This document shows positions 30,458 to 54,055 of a stretch of 64,000 nucleotides of DNA, in pieces. Origin of the DNA: Longimicrobiales bacterium (GTDB lineage Bacteria > Gemmatimonadota > Gemmatimonadetes > Longimicrobiales > Gaopeijiaceae); the NCBI GenBank assembly GCA_965202985.1, contig CBDBCF010000001.1, positions 672,001-736,000 on the forward strand, written 5' to 3'. Positions within the stretch are counted from its first letter, which is position 1. Each line of letters opens with the position of its first letter. Both the position numbers and the translations under genes were made by a program. The notes beneath the pieces are model-generated. The model saw only the letters and a program-made list of their open reading frames with translations, made no database searches and had not been told where the DNA came from.

Positions 30458-30730
30458 CTACATCCAGGAGCGCACGATGAGCGCCACCGTGGCGATGCCC
30501 ACCAAGGTGAGGACGTTCACGGCGAACGACACCGGTCCCACGGTGAAGCCGATCGACACCAGGTCGGCCGAGAAGGGGCCGAAGGAAGCCTCCACCGACG
30601 TGGTCAGGAACGAACGGGCCGCGCTCGGTTCGAGCAACTCGGCCAGCTTGGTCAGCATGCCCCCCAAGACCAAGCCCAGGCCCAGCGTCCAGAAGCCGCG
30701 GACTACGCTGCGCTTTCGATTCGGCTCCAC
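30458..30730 (-). CDS. Small membrane protein (DUF4321-like)
   Basis: 90 aa, two hydrophobic ends flanking GPFSADL; GGGAGG upstream of GTG. Confidence 0.6.
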   Translation of the reverse strand: MEPNRKRSVVRGFWTLGLGLVLGGMLTKLAELLEPSAARSFLTTSVEASFGPFSADLVSIGFTVGPVSFAVNVLTLVGIATVALIVRSWM

Positions 30731-30775
30731 GGTTCCCTCCCGGCTGCTCCTTGGCTGGTGGCGAACGCCGCCCCC

Positions 30776-31780
30776 CTAACGGGAACGGCTCACGACATAC
30801 ACGACGGACTCTCTCAACGCGTCCAGCGCGGCGCCGGGGGCCAAGTCCCGGAGCGCTTCCGCGGCCGAATCCGCAAACTCCTGGGCCTTCCGCTCGGCGT
30901 ATTCCAGGCCGCCGTTTCGCCGCACCAGCTCCATCGCGTCCCGAACCTCCACGTCGCCGGGCTCCGCCAGCGTAAAGAAATGGCGCACCTGCTCCACCTC
31001 CGGCTGCGACATCTCTCGCAGCGCGCCGACCAGAGGCAGAGTCACCTTCCGGCCGCGCAGGTCCAGGCCCGCCGGCTTGCCAGTCACGTCCGCCGTGCCC
31101 GCGTAGTCGAGGATGTCGTCGGCGATCTGGAACGCCATCCCCAGGCACCGTCCGAAACGCCGCAGCGGCGCCCGGTAGGACGGATTGCCGGCCAAGGCGC
31201 CCATTTCGCAAGCCGCCGACATGAGAGAGGCCGTCTTGGCCGCGATCAGCCGAAAGTACTCTTCTTCCGAGAAGCCGATGTCGTCGTAGGACAGAAGCTG
31301 GCGCATCTCGCCGACGCTCATCTCGTTGGCGGCGGCCGCCAGGACGCGAACCGCCTCCAGATTGCCCAGGCGCGCCAGCTCGGTGACGGAGCGGCTGTAC
31401 AGGTAGTCGCCCATGATGATGGCGATCTGGTGAGTCCAGAGCGAGTTGACGGTTGGCATTCCGCGGCGCAGGACCGAATGGTCCACGGCGTCGTCGTGCA
31501 CCAGCGTCGCCATGTGCACGAGCTCCACGGCGGCGGCGAGCGTCACCGCGTCTTCGGGCGGATCGGAGCCGACCTGGCTCGACAGCAGAAGCAGAGCCGG
31601 CCTGAAGAGCTTGCCGGGAACACTCTGCACGTAGGCGTTCACCTCTTGGATCATGGAGAAGTCCGATACGGCGACGCGGCGCAACTCCGCGACCACCAAG
31701 TCCAAGCGGTCCACCACGGGAGCTTGGATGAGCGAGAGGTCGGCGGCGGGCCGGTCGAGCACCGAGGTCGGGTTCGTCAT
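30776..31780 (-). CDS. Polyprenyl diphosphate synthase
   Basis: GKLFRP, LVHDDAVD..RRG, KTASL, FQIADDILD. Confidence 0.92.
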   Translation of the reverse strand: MTNPTSVLDRPAADLSLIQAPVVDRLDLVVAELRRVAVSDFSMIQEVNAYVQSVPGKLFRPALLLLSSQVGSDPPEDAVTLAAAVELVHMATLVHDDAVDHSVLRRGMPTVNSLWTHQIAIIMGDYLYSRSVTELARLGNLEAVRVLAAAANEMSVGEMRQLLSYDDIGFSEEEYFRLIAAKTASLMSAACEMGALAGNPSYRAPLRRFGRCLGMAFQIADDILDYAGTADVTGKPAGLDLRGRKVTLPLVGALREMSQPEVEQVRHFFTLAEPGDVEVRDAMELVRRNGGLEYAERKAQEFADSAAEALRDLAPGAALDALRESVVYVVSRSR

Positions 31781-31799
31781 GGCCACGAAAGGTAAGCAA

Positions 31800-32744
31800 T
31801 CAAGCGGGGCGCCGGGTTCGGGCCGCCAGGTGGTCGCGGACGCGCCGTTCCAGCAGGCGATCCTTGGACCAGCACCGAACGCCCAGGGCGCGCGCGATCG
31901 GGGGGCTGGCCAAGGCATCCGGGATCGCTCCCACGACCTCTGTGCCGGCGGTTCGCCCTCCGAGTTCCAGCACCTTGCGTTCGATGGCGCGGTAGACGGT
32001 CTCCGGGGGCGTTTCTCGCAGGTCTTCCAGGTTCATGGACACTTGAAGGCGTCGCTGTCGGGGAAGCAGAACTGCCATGGCCCTGAGGCCGCGAAAGCCG
32101 CCTCCGGTCTCGCGCACGGCAGCGGCGATGCGCCGGGCGGCGACCAAGTCCACGCCTTCCAGGTCCACGTTCCAGGCCAGCAGCACCGGGCGCGCGCCGA
32201 CGCACGTCGCGCCAGCCGACGGATGCGCGAACGTGTGCACGGGAAGGCCCGCCGCGTCCAGACCCTGCAGGTCCGCGGCCGGGCGGCTACCGGGGGCCGC
32301 GCGGGCCAGCGCCTCGTAGCCGCCGCGACGGATCGCGGCCAGTCCCCTGCCCGGCGGCCGCGAGGCGCGCCCGTAGAAGTACACGGGGACCCCCAGGCCA
32401 GCGATTCGATCTCCAGCGCGACGCGCGCACGCGGCCGCGTCGTCCATGGAGAGCCCGCGGAGCGGCACGAAGGGAAGCACGTCCAGCGCCCCGACGCGGG
32501 GATGCACGCCCTGGTGGCGGCGCAGGTCGATCCAGTCCACGGCCAGAGCGGCTGCGGACACGGCACCGTCTTCGACCGCGCCGGGAGGGCCCAGGACCGT
32601 GACCACCGAGCGGTGGTGGTCGGGATCGGACGAAGCGTCCACCACGTCGCAGCCGGTCCGCTCGAAGGCGGCGGCGGCGGCGGTCGCGAACGCCGCGTCC
32701 CTGCCCTCGCTGAAGTTGGGGACCGCCTGCAGGACCGGGGTCAC
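31800..32744 (-). CDS. ftcD: Glutamate formiminotransferase (start approximate)
   Basis: VPNFSEGRD, DPDHHRSV, HQGVHPRVGALDVLPFVP, GATCVGAR, QVSMNL. Confidence 0.88.
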   Translation of the reverse strand: MTPVLQAVPNFSEGRDAAFATAAAAAFERTGCDVVDASSDPDHHRSVVTVLGPPGAVEDGAVSAAALAVDWIDLRRHQGVHPRVGALDVLPFVPLRGLSMDDAAACARRAGDRIAGLGVPVYFYGRASRPPGRGLAAIRRGGYEALARAAPGSRPAADLQGLDAAGLPVHTFAHPSAGATCVGARPVLLAWNVDLEGVDLVAARRIAAAVRETGGGFRGLRAMAVLLPRQRRLQVSMNLEDLRETPPETVYRAIERKVLELGGRTAGTEVVGAIPDALASPPIARALGVRCWSKDRLLERRVRDHLAARTRRPA

Positions 32745-32829
32745 GGCCGGCGCCGGGGGCACGCTTCGTTCGTAGCGCGTTCGGGGGCGGGCGGGCTCCC
32801 GGGCCGGGCCGGCGCCGGTCGGCAAGCGC

Positions 32830-33984
32830 CTACCCGATGCCCGGCTCCGCGGGGTTCAGGCTGGGGTTGTCGGCCTGGGTTTGGAACGCCCAGTCGAAGA
32901 CGATCAGCTCGCGTCCGTCCTGGTCGGCGCCGGTCGCAGCGATCCTCGCGACGCCGTACCTCCGCCGCCCGTCCGCGTCCGTGACTCGGAAGACGTAGGC
33001 GTGAAACGTCTCCACCGCCGCGGGCGCGGACGAGTACCCCGTCCGGGGCGCCAATTCCCACGACACGCAGTCCGAATCCGCTCCGGGTCCGCACTTCAGC
33101 GCCGAGGTCCAGCGGCTTTCGGAATGGACCTCGACGCGCCGCCCCGGCATGATCCAAAGTCCACGGGCGTCCGCCTCCAGCCGGAAGTGGCGGGCGGGAT
33201 CGTTGCCCGGAAGCACGGCCTGGACGCTGTCCGCGCTGCGAAAGCGAAAGCCTGAGGCGGCGGCGCTGTCCCGATGCGCGTACACCACCTCGCCCGCGTA
33301 GTCGGGCCTCGGGGTGGCGCGGACTTGCGCGCTGAACCCGCTCTCGTGGCCCTGGTCGTCCAAGGACGTGACGCGGTAGCTGTAGGTGTGCCCATTCTCC
33401 ACCAGCATGTCCATGAAGCCCGGCGAATCCGTCTCGCCCAGGAAGAAGTCGTCCTCGTCCGTCGTGGAGTACACTCGGTAGGCGGCGAAGTCCGCTTCTT
33501 CGGACGGCCCGTCGCCCCAAGACAGGTAGACCGCGCCGTCCAGCGCGGCCGCCGCGACGTCCCTGGGTGCCGGCGGCGGCACGGGCCGGGGCACGAAGAC
33601 CTCCACTCGCCGGGTGGCCGCTTCGGCGCCCGAACGGGGGTCGACCGCAGCCACGTAGTACTCGTAGCTGTTCTCCGCCGCCACGTTCGTGTCGCGGTAC
33701 TGGCATCGGCCCGCGGCGCAGCTGGTGACCTCCGCGATCAGGAAGTCGTCGGGGTCCTGCACGCGCTTGCCGTAGACGCGAAAGGCCTCTCCGTCCCATC
33801 CCGCGCCCAGCCGCCACGACAGGTCCACGCCCTCTGCGTAGTAGAAGGCCTCCAGCGACCGCGGAGCGCTGGGCGCGCGCCCGTCCACGATCACCAGGTC
33901 CGCGTCTTCGTCGCAGGCGACCGTTAGCGCTGCCGCCGCCCCCGCCACCAACCACCTTGCCGCCGTCGCCCGCGATCCTCTCAT
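32830..33984 (-). CDS. Lipoprotein with fibronectin type III-like domains
   Basis: Lipobox LTVAC; repeated P.AP..., LSW, YRVY, Y.Y.V.AVD patterns. Confidence 0.75.
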   Translation of the reverse strand: MRGSRATAARWLVAGAAAALTVACDEDADLVIVDGRAPSAPRSLEAFYYAEGVDLSWRLGAGWDGEAFRVYGKRVQDPDDFLIAEVTSCAAGRCQYRDTNVAAENSYEYYVAAVDPRSGAEAATRRVEVFVPRPVPPPAPRDVAAAALDGAVYLSWGDGPSEEADFAAYRVYSTTDEDDFFLGETDSPGFMDMLVENGHTYSYRVTSLDDQGHESGFSAQVRATPRPDYAGEVVYAHRDSAAASGFRFRSADSVQAVLPGNDPARHFRLEADARGLWIMPGRRVEVHSESRWTSALKCGPGADSDCVSWELAPRTGYSSAPAAVETFHAYVFRVTDADGRRRYGVARIAATGADQDGRELIVFDWAFQTQADNPSLNPAEPGIG

Positions 33985-34128
33985 CTTGCGCTTCTCCTGT
34001 CGCCCGGTCCGCCCGCGGGCGGGGATGCGGCCCCCCGGAAGGCGGGGGACTCTCGGCGAAACACTGTTGCAAGGTTCGTGCCAAAACTGGTTCCGGGCGA
34101 AGCCGGCTTCTCCGCGGAGACGCGAAGA

Positions 34129-37041
34129 TCAGCGCCGTTCGCCGCCGCCGGTGCGCTGCTCGTAGTCGAAGTGCAGGTCGCGGTTGTCGGACAGGGCGAC
34201 CTCGAACATGAAGCTCCAGTTGCCCGTGGCGGTCTGGCGAAAGGAGAAGTCGGCCTCCCAGCGGTGCAGGTCGCGCTGCAGGCTGATGATGTGGTCGTTG
34301 AAGCGACTGGCCGCCACGTCGTAGGAGGTCCGCCAGTTCACGGACCACTTGTCGGTCGGCTGGAACCGCAGGTTCGCCTGCACCATCTGGTTGGCCTGCC
34401 CGCTCGCGCCGAACCCGCCGCCGTCCCGCGACCGCGCCAGCGAGTACGAGAAGGAGGCGTTCCACTGTCCGGTACCTCCGTCCGACGGCCGGTGGCGCTC
34501 CGAGTCGCGGTCGCGCTCCTGGCCGAAGCCCGGCACCACAGTCGCCTCGCCCAGGTCCGCGGACTCGAGGCCGGCCGGATCCAGGGCGTCCTCCGCGTCC
34601 TCGCCCTGTGCGTCGTCCGCCGGCACCGGATCGGCCTCTTCCTCTTCCCCGCCCCCCAGTCGCCGCAGCCAGCGGAAGACGGAGGACTGGTTGCTCAGCG
34701 AAAAGGACATGTTCATGCTGGACATGAACGGCGCAAACGCGCGCGCGCCGCCTTCGGCCCCCGCTCCCGAGTCGTCAAAGACATCGTGTTCCACCGACAG
34801 CGACAGGCCTCGCAGGTAGTCGGAGCTGACCTGGTTGGAGATCGTCAGGTTGTCGGCGAACCCGCGCGTGAAGTGGCCGCGTCGGCTGGCTTCCTCGAAG
34901 TCGTAGGACACGGCGCTGGTGCGGATGGCCAGCAGCATGGTCTTCTGCGACTGCGGCGCACGCCGGGGGCCGTCGGCGTTCTCCGGATCGGCCGCCGCCT
35001 GGGCGGAATCCGCTTCCTCGTCTCCCGTGCGGGCCTCGAAGGTCTGGGTCAGGCTGAAGCGCAGTTCGTTCCTGGGCTGTATCGCCCGGTCGCCGAAGGT
35101 GGCGGCCTGCACCGGCGTGGGTCGGGTCTCGGGCGAGTACGCGTACTCGAAGCTGGGCGACAGCTTGTGGCGCACGCGGTCCCCGCGGTAGAAGCCGTAG
35201 ATGTCCGACTTGAGCTGCGCTCCGAACGAGATGCGCCGGGGAGCGGACACGAAGCCGCCCTCCTCCACCGAGGTCGTGTCGGAACGGATGGCGCGACCGG
35301 ACATGGAGAGGCGGGGCGTCAGCGTCGTCGAGCCCACGAGCGTGCGCTGGTAGTCGATGCTGGCCGACCAGCGGAGCTCCTGGGCCGTGAAGTCGATCGG
35401 GTCGCCGGCCAGGTCGCCCACGCTGCCGGTCCCGGTGGCGGGCAGGTCGAAGAAGCCGGCGGGCAGGTCCAGCGTGGAGTTCCGGGTCAGGTCGAAGCTC
35501 TGCGAGATCGAGAGCGCGCCGGCCGACAGGGTGGAGGAGAAGCCGCCGTCCATGTTCTCGGTGTCGGCCAGGCCGAAGCTGAACGGGTTCTCCGACAGGT
35601 CCTGTTCGGGCTGGTCTCGGATGGAGCGGGAGAAGCGGCCCGACGCCGACAGGGTCATGTTGTTGTAGAAGCGGGAGCGGTTGAGCGGCGCCGCGAACAG
35701 CGTGATCGTGGACAGGGACAGGTTGGCCGTGGGCAGGGTCATCTCCACGCGGTCGTCGGACAGGAACTGGCGCCGGTTCGCGCCCACCGAGAGCGTGCCC
35801 CAGTCGAAGCGCCGGTTCAGGCCGCCGTCGGAGTCGATCGACTGCGTGACCTCGCGCGGATCGAAGGAGTTCTGCCGCACGAAGTCGGCGCTGGAAGCGT
35901 AGCGGGCCGACAGGCGCAGGCTGGTGCGCTCCGACATCTCCCAGTCGTGGTTGGTGTCGAAGGCTAGCTCGGAGCCGCCGCCGGTGCGCCAGAAGCGCCG
36001 GAAGTTGGCCCTGCCCTGCAGGAACTGGCGCAGCCACCGGTAGCGGAAGCCGCCCGTGACGGCGGCGTAGTTGCCGCTCCACCAGTCCAAGGCCATTTCG
36101 GCGTCGGTGTAGTCGCTCATGGCCCAGTAGTAGCCCAGGTTGGAGATGCGGCGGGAGTAGCTGCCCGACGCCCGCACGATGTCGTTCACGGAGAACTGGA
36201 TCGGCAGCAACCCGGAGCGCCGGCCTTGGCGGGTGCTTTGCGCGATGAACGGCAGCCACAGGACTCCCACGTCCGAGAAGTAGAGGAAGACGTTGCGCGC
36301 CACCATCGTGCCGCCGGGGCTCACCTTGATCTCGCGGGCCACGAAGTGGTAGTGGGGCTCGTCCTCTTCGCAGCTGGTGAACATGATGTGGTGTCCGAAC
36401 GACTCGTCCTGGCTCACGAAGGGGAAGTCGCCACGGACGATCCACTCGCCCATGCCGGCGTTCATCCGGGTCTCCGCGTCGGTCGCCGTGCCCCGGTTTT
36501 CGTTCAGGTCGAAGACGATCCGCCGCGTGCGCACCTCGTCGCCTTGCGCCGGCTTGTACAGGGCCTCCTGGCCCACCGTGACCAAGCGGCCCGTCCCTTC
36601 GTCGAAGACAAGGGCCGAATCGGCGGACAGCTCCACGCCTTGGCGGTTGAGCACGGCGCTCCCGTTTTCGGAGCCCGTCAGGGTAAGAACTCGGGACTCG
36701 GTCTCGAAGCGGGCGGCCTGTCCCCTGTACTGGACCATGTCGTAGCCGGGGAGCGCCATGAGCGCCTGCAGCACCGAGTCGTCGGCGGCCGGCGCCGCGC
36801 CCGCGTTCAAGGAGTCGATCGGTGCGAGGCCGGTGGAGTCGCCCAGCGGGCGCGCCAAGCGCTCCAGCCGAGACCGAACGGCTTCTCGCAGCGAGTCCGG
36901 CAGCTCTTGGGAGACGGCGGGACGCGGGGCGGCGGCGCCCAGGAGGACCAGCGCGAGAAGTGCGCCGCGAGCTACGGGCGGTCGCAGGCTGGTGGGCTGC
37001 CGGACGAGCCGGGGGGGGCGCTTAGTCGGTCGGGGCGTCAC
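34129..37041 (-). CDS. LptD-like outer-membrane LPS assembly protein (start uncertain)
   Basis: Signal-like segment, FTSC...PHYHF, RRSGLL, NLGYYWAMSDY, beta-barrel C-terminus with RDLHRW. Confidence 0.75.
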   Translation of the reverse strand: MTPRPTKRPPRLVRQPTSLRPPVARGALLALVLLGAAAPRPAVSQELPDSLREAVRSRLERLARPLGDSTGLAPIDSLNAGAAPAADDSVLQALMALPGYDMVQYRGQAARFETESRVLTLTGSENGSAVLNRQGVELSADSALVFDEGTGRLVTVGQEALYKPAQGDEVRTRRIVFDLNENRGTATDAETRMNAGMGEWIVRGDFPFVSQDESFGHHIMFTSCEEDEPHYHFVAREIKVSPGGTMVARNVFLYFSDVGVLWLPFIAQSTRQGRRSGLLPIQFSVNDIVRASGSYSRRISNLGYYWAMSDYTDAEMALDWWSGNYAAVTGGFRYRWLRQFLQGRANFRRFWRTGGGSELAFDTNHDWEMSERTSLRLSARYASSADFVRQNSFDPREVTQSIDSDGGLNRRFDWGTLSVGANRRQFLSDDRVEMTLPTANLSLSTITLFAAPLNRSRFYNNMTLSASGRFSRSIRDQPEQDLSENPFSFGLADTENMDGGFSSTLSAGALSISQSFDLTRNSTLDLPAGFFDLPATGTGSVGDLAGDPIDFTAQELRWSASIDYQRTLVGSTTLTPRLSMSGRAIRSDTTSVEEGGFVSAPRRISFGAQLKSDIYGFYRGDRVRHKLSPSFEYAYSPETRPTPVQAATFGDRAIQPRNELRFSLTQTFEARTGDEEADSAQAAADPENADGPRRAPQSQKTMLLAIRTSAVSYDFEEASRRGHFTRGFADNLTISNQVSSDYLRGLSLSVEHDVFDDSGAGAEGGARAFAPFMSSMNMSFSLSNQSSVFRWLRRLGGGEEEEADPVPADDAQGEDAEDALDPAGLESADLGEATVVPGFGQERDRDSERHRPSDGGTGQWNASFSYSLARSRDGGGFGASGQANQMVQANLRFQPTDKWSVNWRTSYDVAASRFNDHIISLQRDLHRWEADFSFRQTATGNWSFMFEVALSDNRDLHFDYEQRTGGGERR

Positions 37042-37999
37042 GAGCGTCGTCCGGGGTCGCTGGCTCGGGGCCGGGCGGGGGGTCGTCCGGGTCGTCGTCG
37101 GCAGGGTCGTCGTGGGGGGCCGGGTCCGCGGGGGCGGGGCCGCCGTCGGCGGCCGGGTCGGCAGTCCGAGCGGGGTCCCCATGCGTGTAGGGGTCGCTGG
37201 CGGGGACGGCGTCTTCGGGGGGCGGGCTCGCCTCGGGGACGCCCTGGGTCCGCTCCCTTCGCCGTCGCCACATGACGGTGGAGAGCACGATGCTGAACTC
37301 GTACAGGAGCGCCAGGGGCACCATCATGAGCAGCGATACGCTGATCACGTCGCCCGGCGACAAGGCGCACGCCAACACCGTGATCGCCACGATCGCGTAG
37401 CGCCGCTTCTCCCGCAGGAACGTCGGCGTCACGAGGCCCAGCGCGCTCAGGATCATGACCACCACGGGCAACTGGAAGACGACGCCGAACGCGAGCAGCA
37501 GGTTGACGACGAAGCCGATGTACGCGGGTCCCGTCCACGACGGCTCCATGAGTTCGGACATGAAGCCCATGAGAAAGCGGAGCGTGATCGGCAAGGCGAT
37601 CAGGTACGCCAACGCCACGCCGGCCGCGAAGAGGACCAGTCCCAGGTACAGAGCCGGCACGATGGCCCGCTTCTCGTGCTTCTCCAGGGCGGGCGACAGG
37701 AACGACCACGCGTGGTACACGACGATCGGAGACGCCAGAAGGACTCCCAGCGTCAGCGACACCTTCAGAAAGACGAAGAAGGCGTCCGTTGGGGCAAGAT
37801 AGATCAGGCGCCGGTCTTCGCCGAAGAGCGCTTCGACCGGGGACAGCAGGAAGCCCGGGACGTCCAGGTAATGGACGACGGCGAGTCCGACCCCGAAGCC
37901 CACGACCACGGCCAGCAGGCTCCAAAGAAGCCGCCAGCGCAACTCCTCCAAGTGGTCCAGGAAGGGCATCTCGGCCTTGGGGTTGACTCGGGCGCGCAT
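37022..37999 (-). CDS. tatC: Twin-arginine translocase TatC
   Basis: MPFLDHLEELRWRL, W.F.SPAL..HEK, FG..FQLP, LYE. Confidence 0.95.
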   Translation of the reverse strand: MRARVNPKAEMPFLDHLEELRWRLLWSLLAVVVGFGVGLAVVHYLDVPGFLLSPVEALFGEDRRLIYLAPTDAFFVFLKVSLTLGVLLASPIVVYHAWSFLSPALEKHEKRAIVPALYLGLVLFAAGVALAYLIALPITLRFLMGFMSELMEPSWTGPAYIGFVVNLLLAFGVVFQLPVVVMILSALGLVTPTFLREKRRYAIVAITVLACALSPGDVISVSLLMMVPLALLYEFSIVLSTVMWRRRRERTQGVPEASPPPEDAVPASDPYTHGDPARTADPAADGGPAPADPAPHDDPADDDPDDPPPGPEPATPDDARDAPTD

Positions 38000-38003
38000 C
38001 GCT

Positions 38004-38528
38004 CTAGTCGCCTTCCTCCTCGGGGTCCTCGTCCAGGGGAAGTTCGGGCTGGTCGCGGGCCTGGCGCTCCCGGCGGTCGCGGATGTTCAGTTCGTCCACC
38101 ACCTCTTGAAACTCGTCGATGTCCTGGAAGTTGCGGTACACGGAGGCGTAGCGGACATAGGCGACTCGGTCCAGCGGCTTCAGGCCCTCCATGACGAGTT
38201 CGCCGATTCGGGCCGACGGGGCCTCGTCGCCGGACGCGCTGGCGAGCTCGTCTTCGATCCGGTCCACCAGCGCCTCGATCCGGACCGGCGAGACGGGCCG
38301 CTTGGCGCAAGCCGTCGCGATGCCTTGCCGCAGCTTGTCGCGTCTAAAGTCCTGCGGACTGCCGTCCCGCTTCAGGACTTGCAGGGGCCGATCGTCCAAG
38401 GACTCGTACGTGGTGAAGCGCGCCTTGCAGTCCAGGCACTCGCGACGGCGACGGATGGCGGCACCGTTCCGGGCCGTCCGAGAGTCCACGACCTTGCTCG
38501 TGCTCGAGCCGCAACCGGGGCACCGCAT
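38004..38528 (-). CDS. nrdR: Transcriptional repressor NrdR
   Basis: MRCPGC, VVDSR, IRRRREC..C..RFTTYE, VAYVRYASVY. Confidence 0.96.
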   Translation of the reverse strand: MRCPGCGSSTSKVVDSRTARNGAAIRRRRECLDCKARFTTYESLDDRPLQVLKRDGSPQDFRRDKLRQGIATACAKRPVSPVRIEALVDRIEDELASASGDEAPSARIGELVMEGLKPLDRVAYVRYASVYRNFQDIDEFQEVVDELNIRDRRERQARDQPELPLDEDPEEEGD

Positions 38529-38598
38529 GACCTAGCCCGACGGCCCGACGGGAAGGAGAAGCCGCCGGGAAACAGAAAGCCGGCCCCTCAGCAGGCCT

Positions 38599-39468
38599 TC
38601 ACGGACATTCCTGAAGCCTTTCCCGGGCCCTGGCGGCCAGCCGGTGTTCGGCGTAGGACTCGGCAAGACGGCCCCAGTGCTCGCGGGTTTGGTCGCAGTC
38701 GTCCAGCTCCAGGAACAGGGCACCCGCCCGGTAGAGGGCGTCGGGGACGACGTCCGCCGTCGGAAAAAGCTCGGGGATGCGCAGGTAGTAGGCGACCGCC
38801 TCGTCCAAGAGATCGTCTTGGGAGGAGAGTTCGCCCAGGTGCAGATAGGCGGCGGGCGTGAACTCGTGGTTGGGAAACTCTTCCACGAATCCGGCGAAGC
38901 CCTGCTTCGCGATCACGAAGTTGCCCCGGTCCAGGTGCTGGACCAGCGCTTGGTAGTTCTGCCGGCCGATCTCGGGATCGGGGGCGGGAGGTTCGGGCAC
39001 CGCATCCTCTTCGGCGTCCCCGGCCTCCGCCTCGGCAGTCTCGCGGGCCGCCCGCTGCCGCGCCATCTCCCGGCGCTGCGCGCTCACGTCCTGCCGAAGG
39101 CTCTCCAGGCTGCGCTGGCTCTGGCCGGCAAGCTCGCCCATACGCAGCTGCTGCTCGCGGATCGCCACCAAGCGGCTGTTCACATCGCCCCGGAACTCGA
39201 AGAGCTCTCCCGTCAGCACCGCCAGCGAATCCAAGGCGCGCTCGTTGCCTCGGGCCACTGACGCCATGAGCGCCCGAAACGCCGAGTCCTGACGGGCGGC
39301 AAGGACGCGCAACTCCGCTCGCACATCCGCCACGTCCTGTCCCGTGGCGCAGGCGCCGGCGGTCAGCAGCAACACCGACACGCAGACGGCCGGTACCGCC
39401 CTGCGACCCGTCCAGCCGAGCCGGCCTCTGGCGCCGAAGTCCCGCCGGCCCAAGCGCGCCTCCCCCAT
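38599..39468 (-). CDS. cpoB: Tol-Pal-associated coiled-coil/TPR lipoprotein (YbgF/CpoB-like)
   Basis: Lipobox-like AGAC, coiled coil, TPR-like C-terminus; directly downstream of pal. Confidence 0.75.
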   Translation of the reverse strand: MGEARLGRRDFGARGRLGWTGRRAVPAVCVSVLLLTAGACATGQDVADVRAELRVLAARQDSAFRALMASVARGNERALDSLAVLTGELFEFRGDVNSRLVAIREQQLRMGELAGQSQRSLESLRQDVSAQRREMARQRAARETAEAEAGDAEEDAVPEPPAPDPEIGRQNYQALVQHLDRGNFVIAKQGFAGFVEEFPNHEFTPAAYLHLGELSSQDDLLDEAVAYYLRIPELFPTADVVPDALYRAGALFLELDDCDQTREHWGRLAESYAEHRLAARARERLQECP

Positions 39469-39494
39469 TCCCCTCCCCCCGGTGGTCGGCCGGC

Positions 39495-40076
39495 TTAGCG
39501 GAGGTTGCCGCCTCCGGCCGTTATTACGAACTCGACCCGGCGGTTCCGCGCCCAGGCGGACTCGGTCGATCCCTGTGCGGCCGGCTGTTCCTCGCCGTAG
39601 GAGACCGACTCGAACCGGTTCGCGTCCAGGCCGAAGCCGCCGATGAACTCGATCACCGCCTCGGCGCGCGCATTGCCCAAGGCGATGTTGTACTCCGAGG
39701 TGCCCCGTTCGTCGGCGTGGCCCTCCATGCGGAGGCGCACGTCCGGGTTGCTCCGAAGGATCTCGGCCTTGGCCCGGAGCAGATCTTCGGTGTCCGACCG
39801 GATGGCGGCCTCGTCGTAGTCGAAGTAGACCGTCTCGACCAGCGTCCGGCGGTTCTCTTCGGCTTCCCGGGCGGCCTCTCGCTCCATGCGCTCCTGCTCG
39901 GCCCGCCTTGCCGCTTCCCGTTCGGCGCGGACCTGAGCGAGGGAGTCGAGCCGGCGCTGTTCCAGCTCTTCGGGCGTGGGGCCCGTGGGCGCGGGCGGGA
40001 GTTCGGGCTCCGCGCCGCAAGCGGCAAGGAACACGACGGCGGCGAGGGCGGCGGCAAACAGGCGATGGTTGGACAT
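39495..40076 (-). CDS. pal: Peptidoglycan-associated lipoprotein (OmpA family)
   Basis: Lipobox LAAC, VYFDYD, EGHADERGTSEYNIALG..RA, SYGEE.P, NRRVEF. Confidence 0.93.
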   Translation of the reverse strand: MSNHRLFAAALAAVVFLAACGAEPELPPAPTGPTPEELEQRRLDSLAQVRAEREAARRAEQERMEREAAREAEENRRTLVETVYFDYDEAAIRSDTEDLLRAKAEILRSNPDVRLRMEGHADERGTSEYNIALGNARAEAVIEFIGGFGLDANRFESVSYGEEQPAAQGSTESAWARNRRVEFVITAGGGNLR

Positions 40077-40139
40077 CCCGTCTCCGATTATGCTGTGGAG
40101 GTCACGTTGTGGCGAAGGCGGCTTCGGTTTGGTTGTTGT

Positions 40140-40168
40140 AGAATATGCAAGCGGTCCCGCATTTGCAA
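40140..40168 (-). promoter_or_regulatory. Putative sigma70-type promoter for pal-cpoB
   Basis: Minus strand TTGCAA, 17-nt spacer, TATTCT, in a relatively AT-rich patch about 65 nt upstream of the pal ATG. Confidence 0.5.
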
Positions 40169-40298
40169 GCAAGCAGCACCGGCGCGCGTGTCGAACCACA
40201 GTAAAAATGTCCGGGAGCAGTAGAACGAGCGAACGAGTGCCGCGGCATCCGGACGATTGCCTCGGGCTCGTCTCGAGATCGTGATTCGCCGGCTCCCG

Positions 40299-53987
<13,689 letters not shown>

Positions 53988-54055
53988 GTCCTCACCGTCC
54001 GAAAGGGCTCTTGTCTTGTCCCAGCGTAAGCTGGGAAGTTGGGAAGATTTCGGCG

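Noticed and set aside
37011..37018. G8 run near the LptD-like start (also G9 at 30100-30108 in the tatA tail)
   Set aside because: Short runs are expected at this GC content and no frame disruption is evident.
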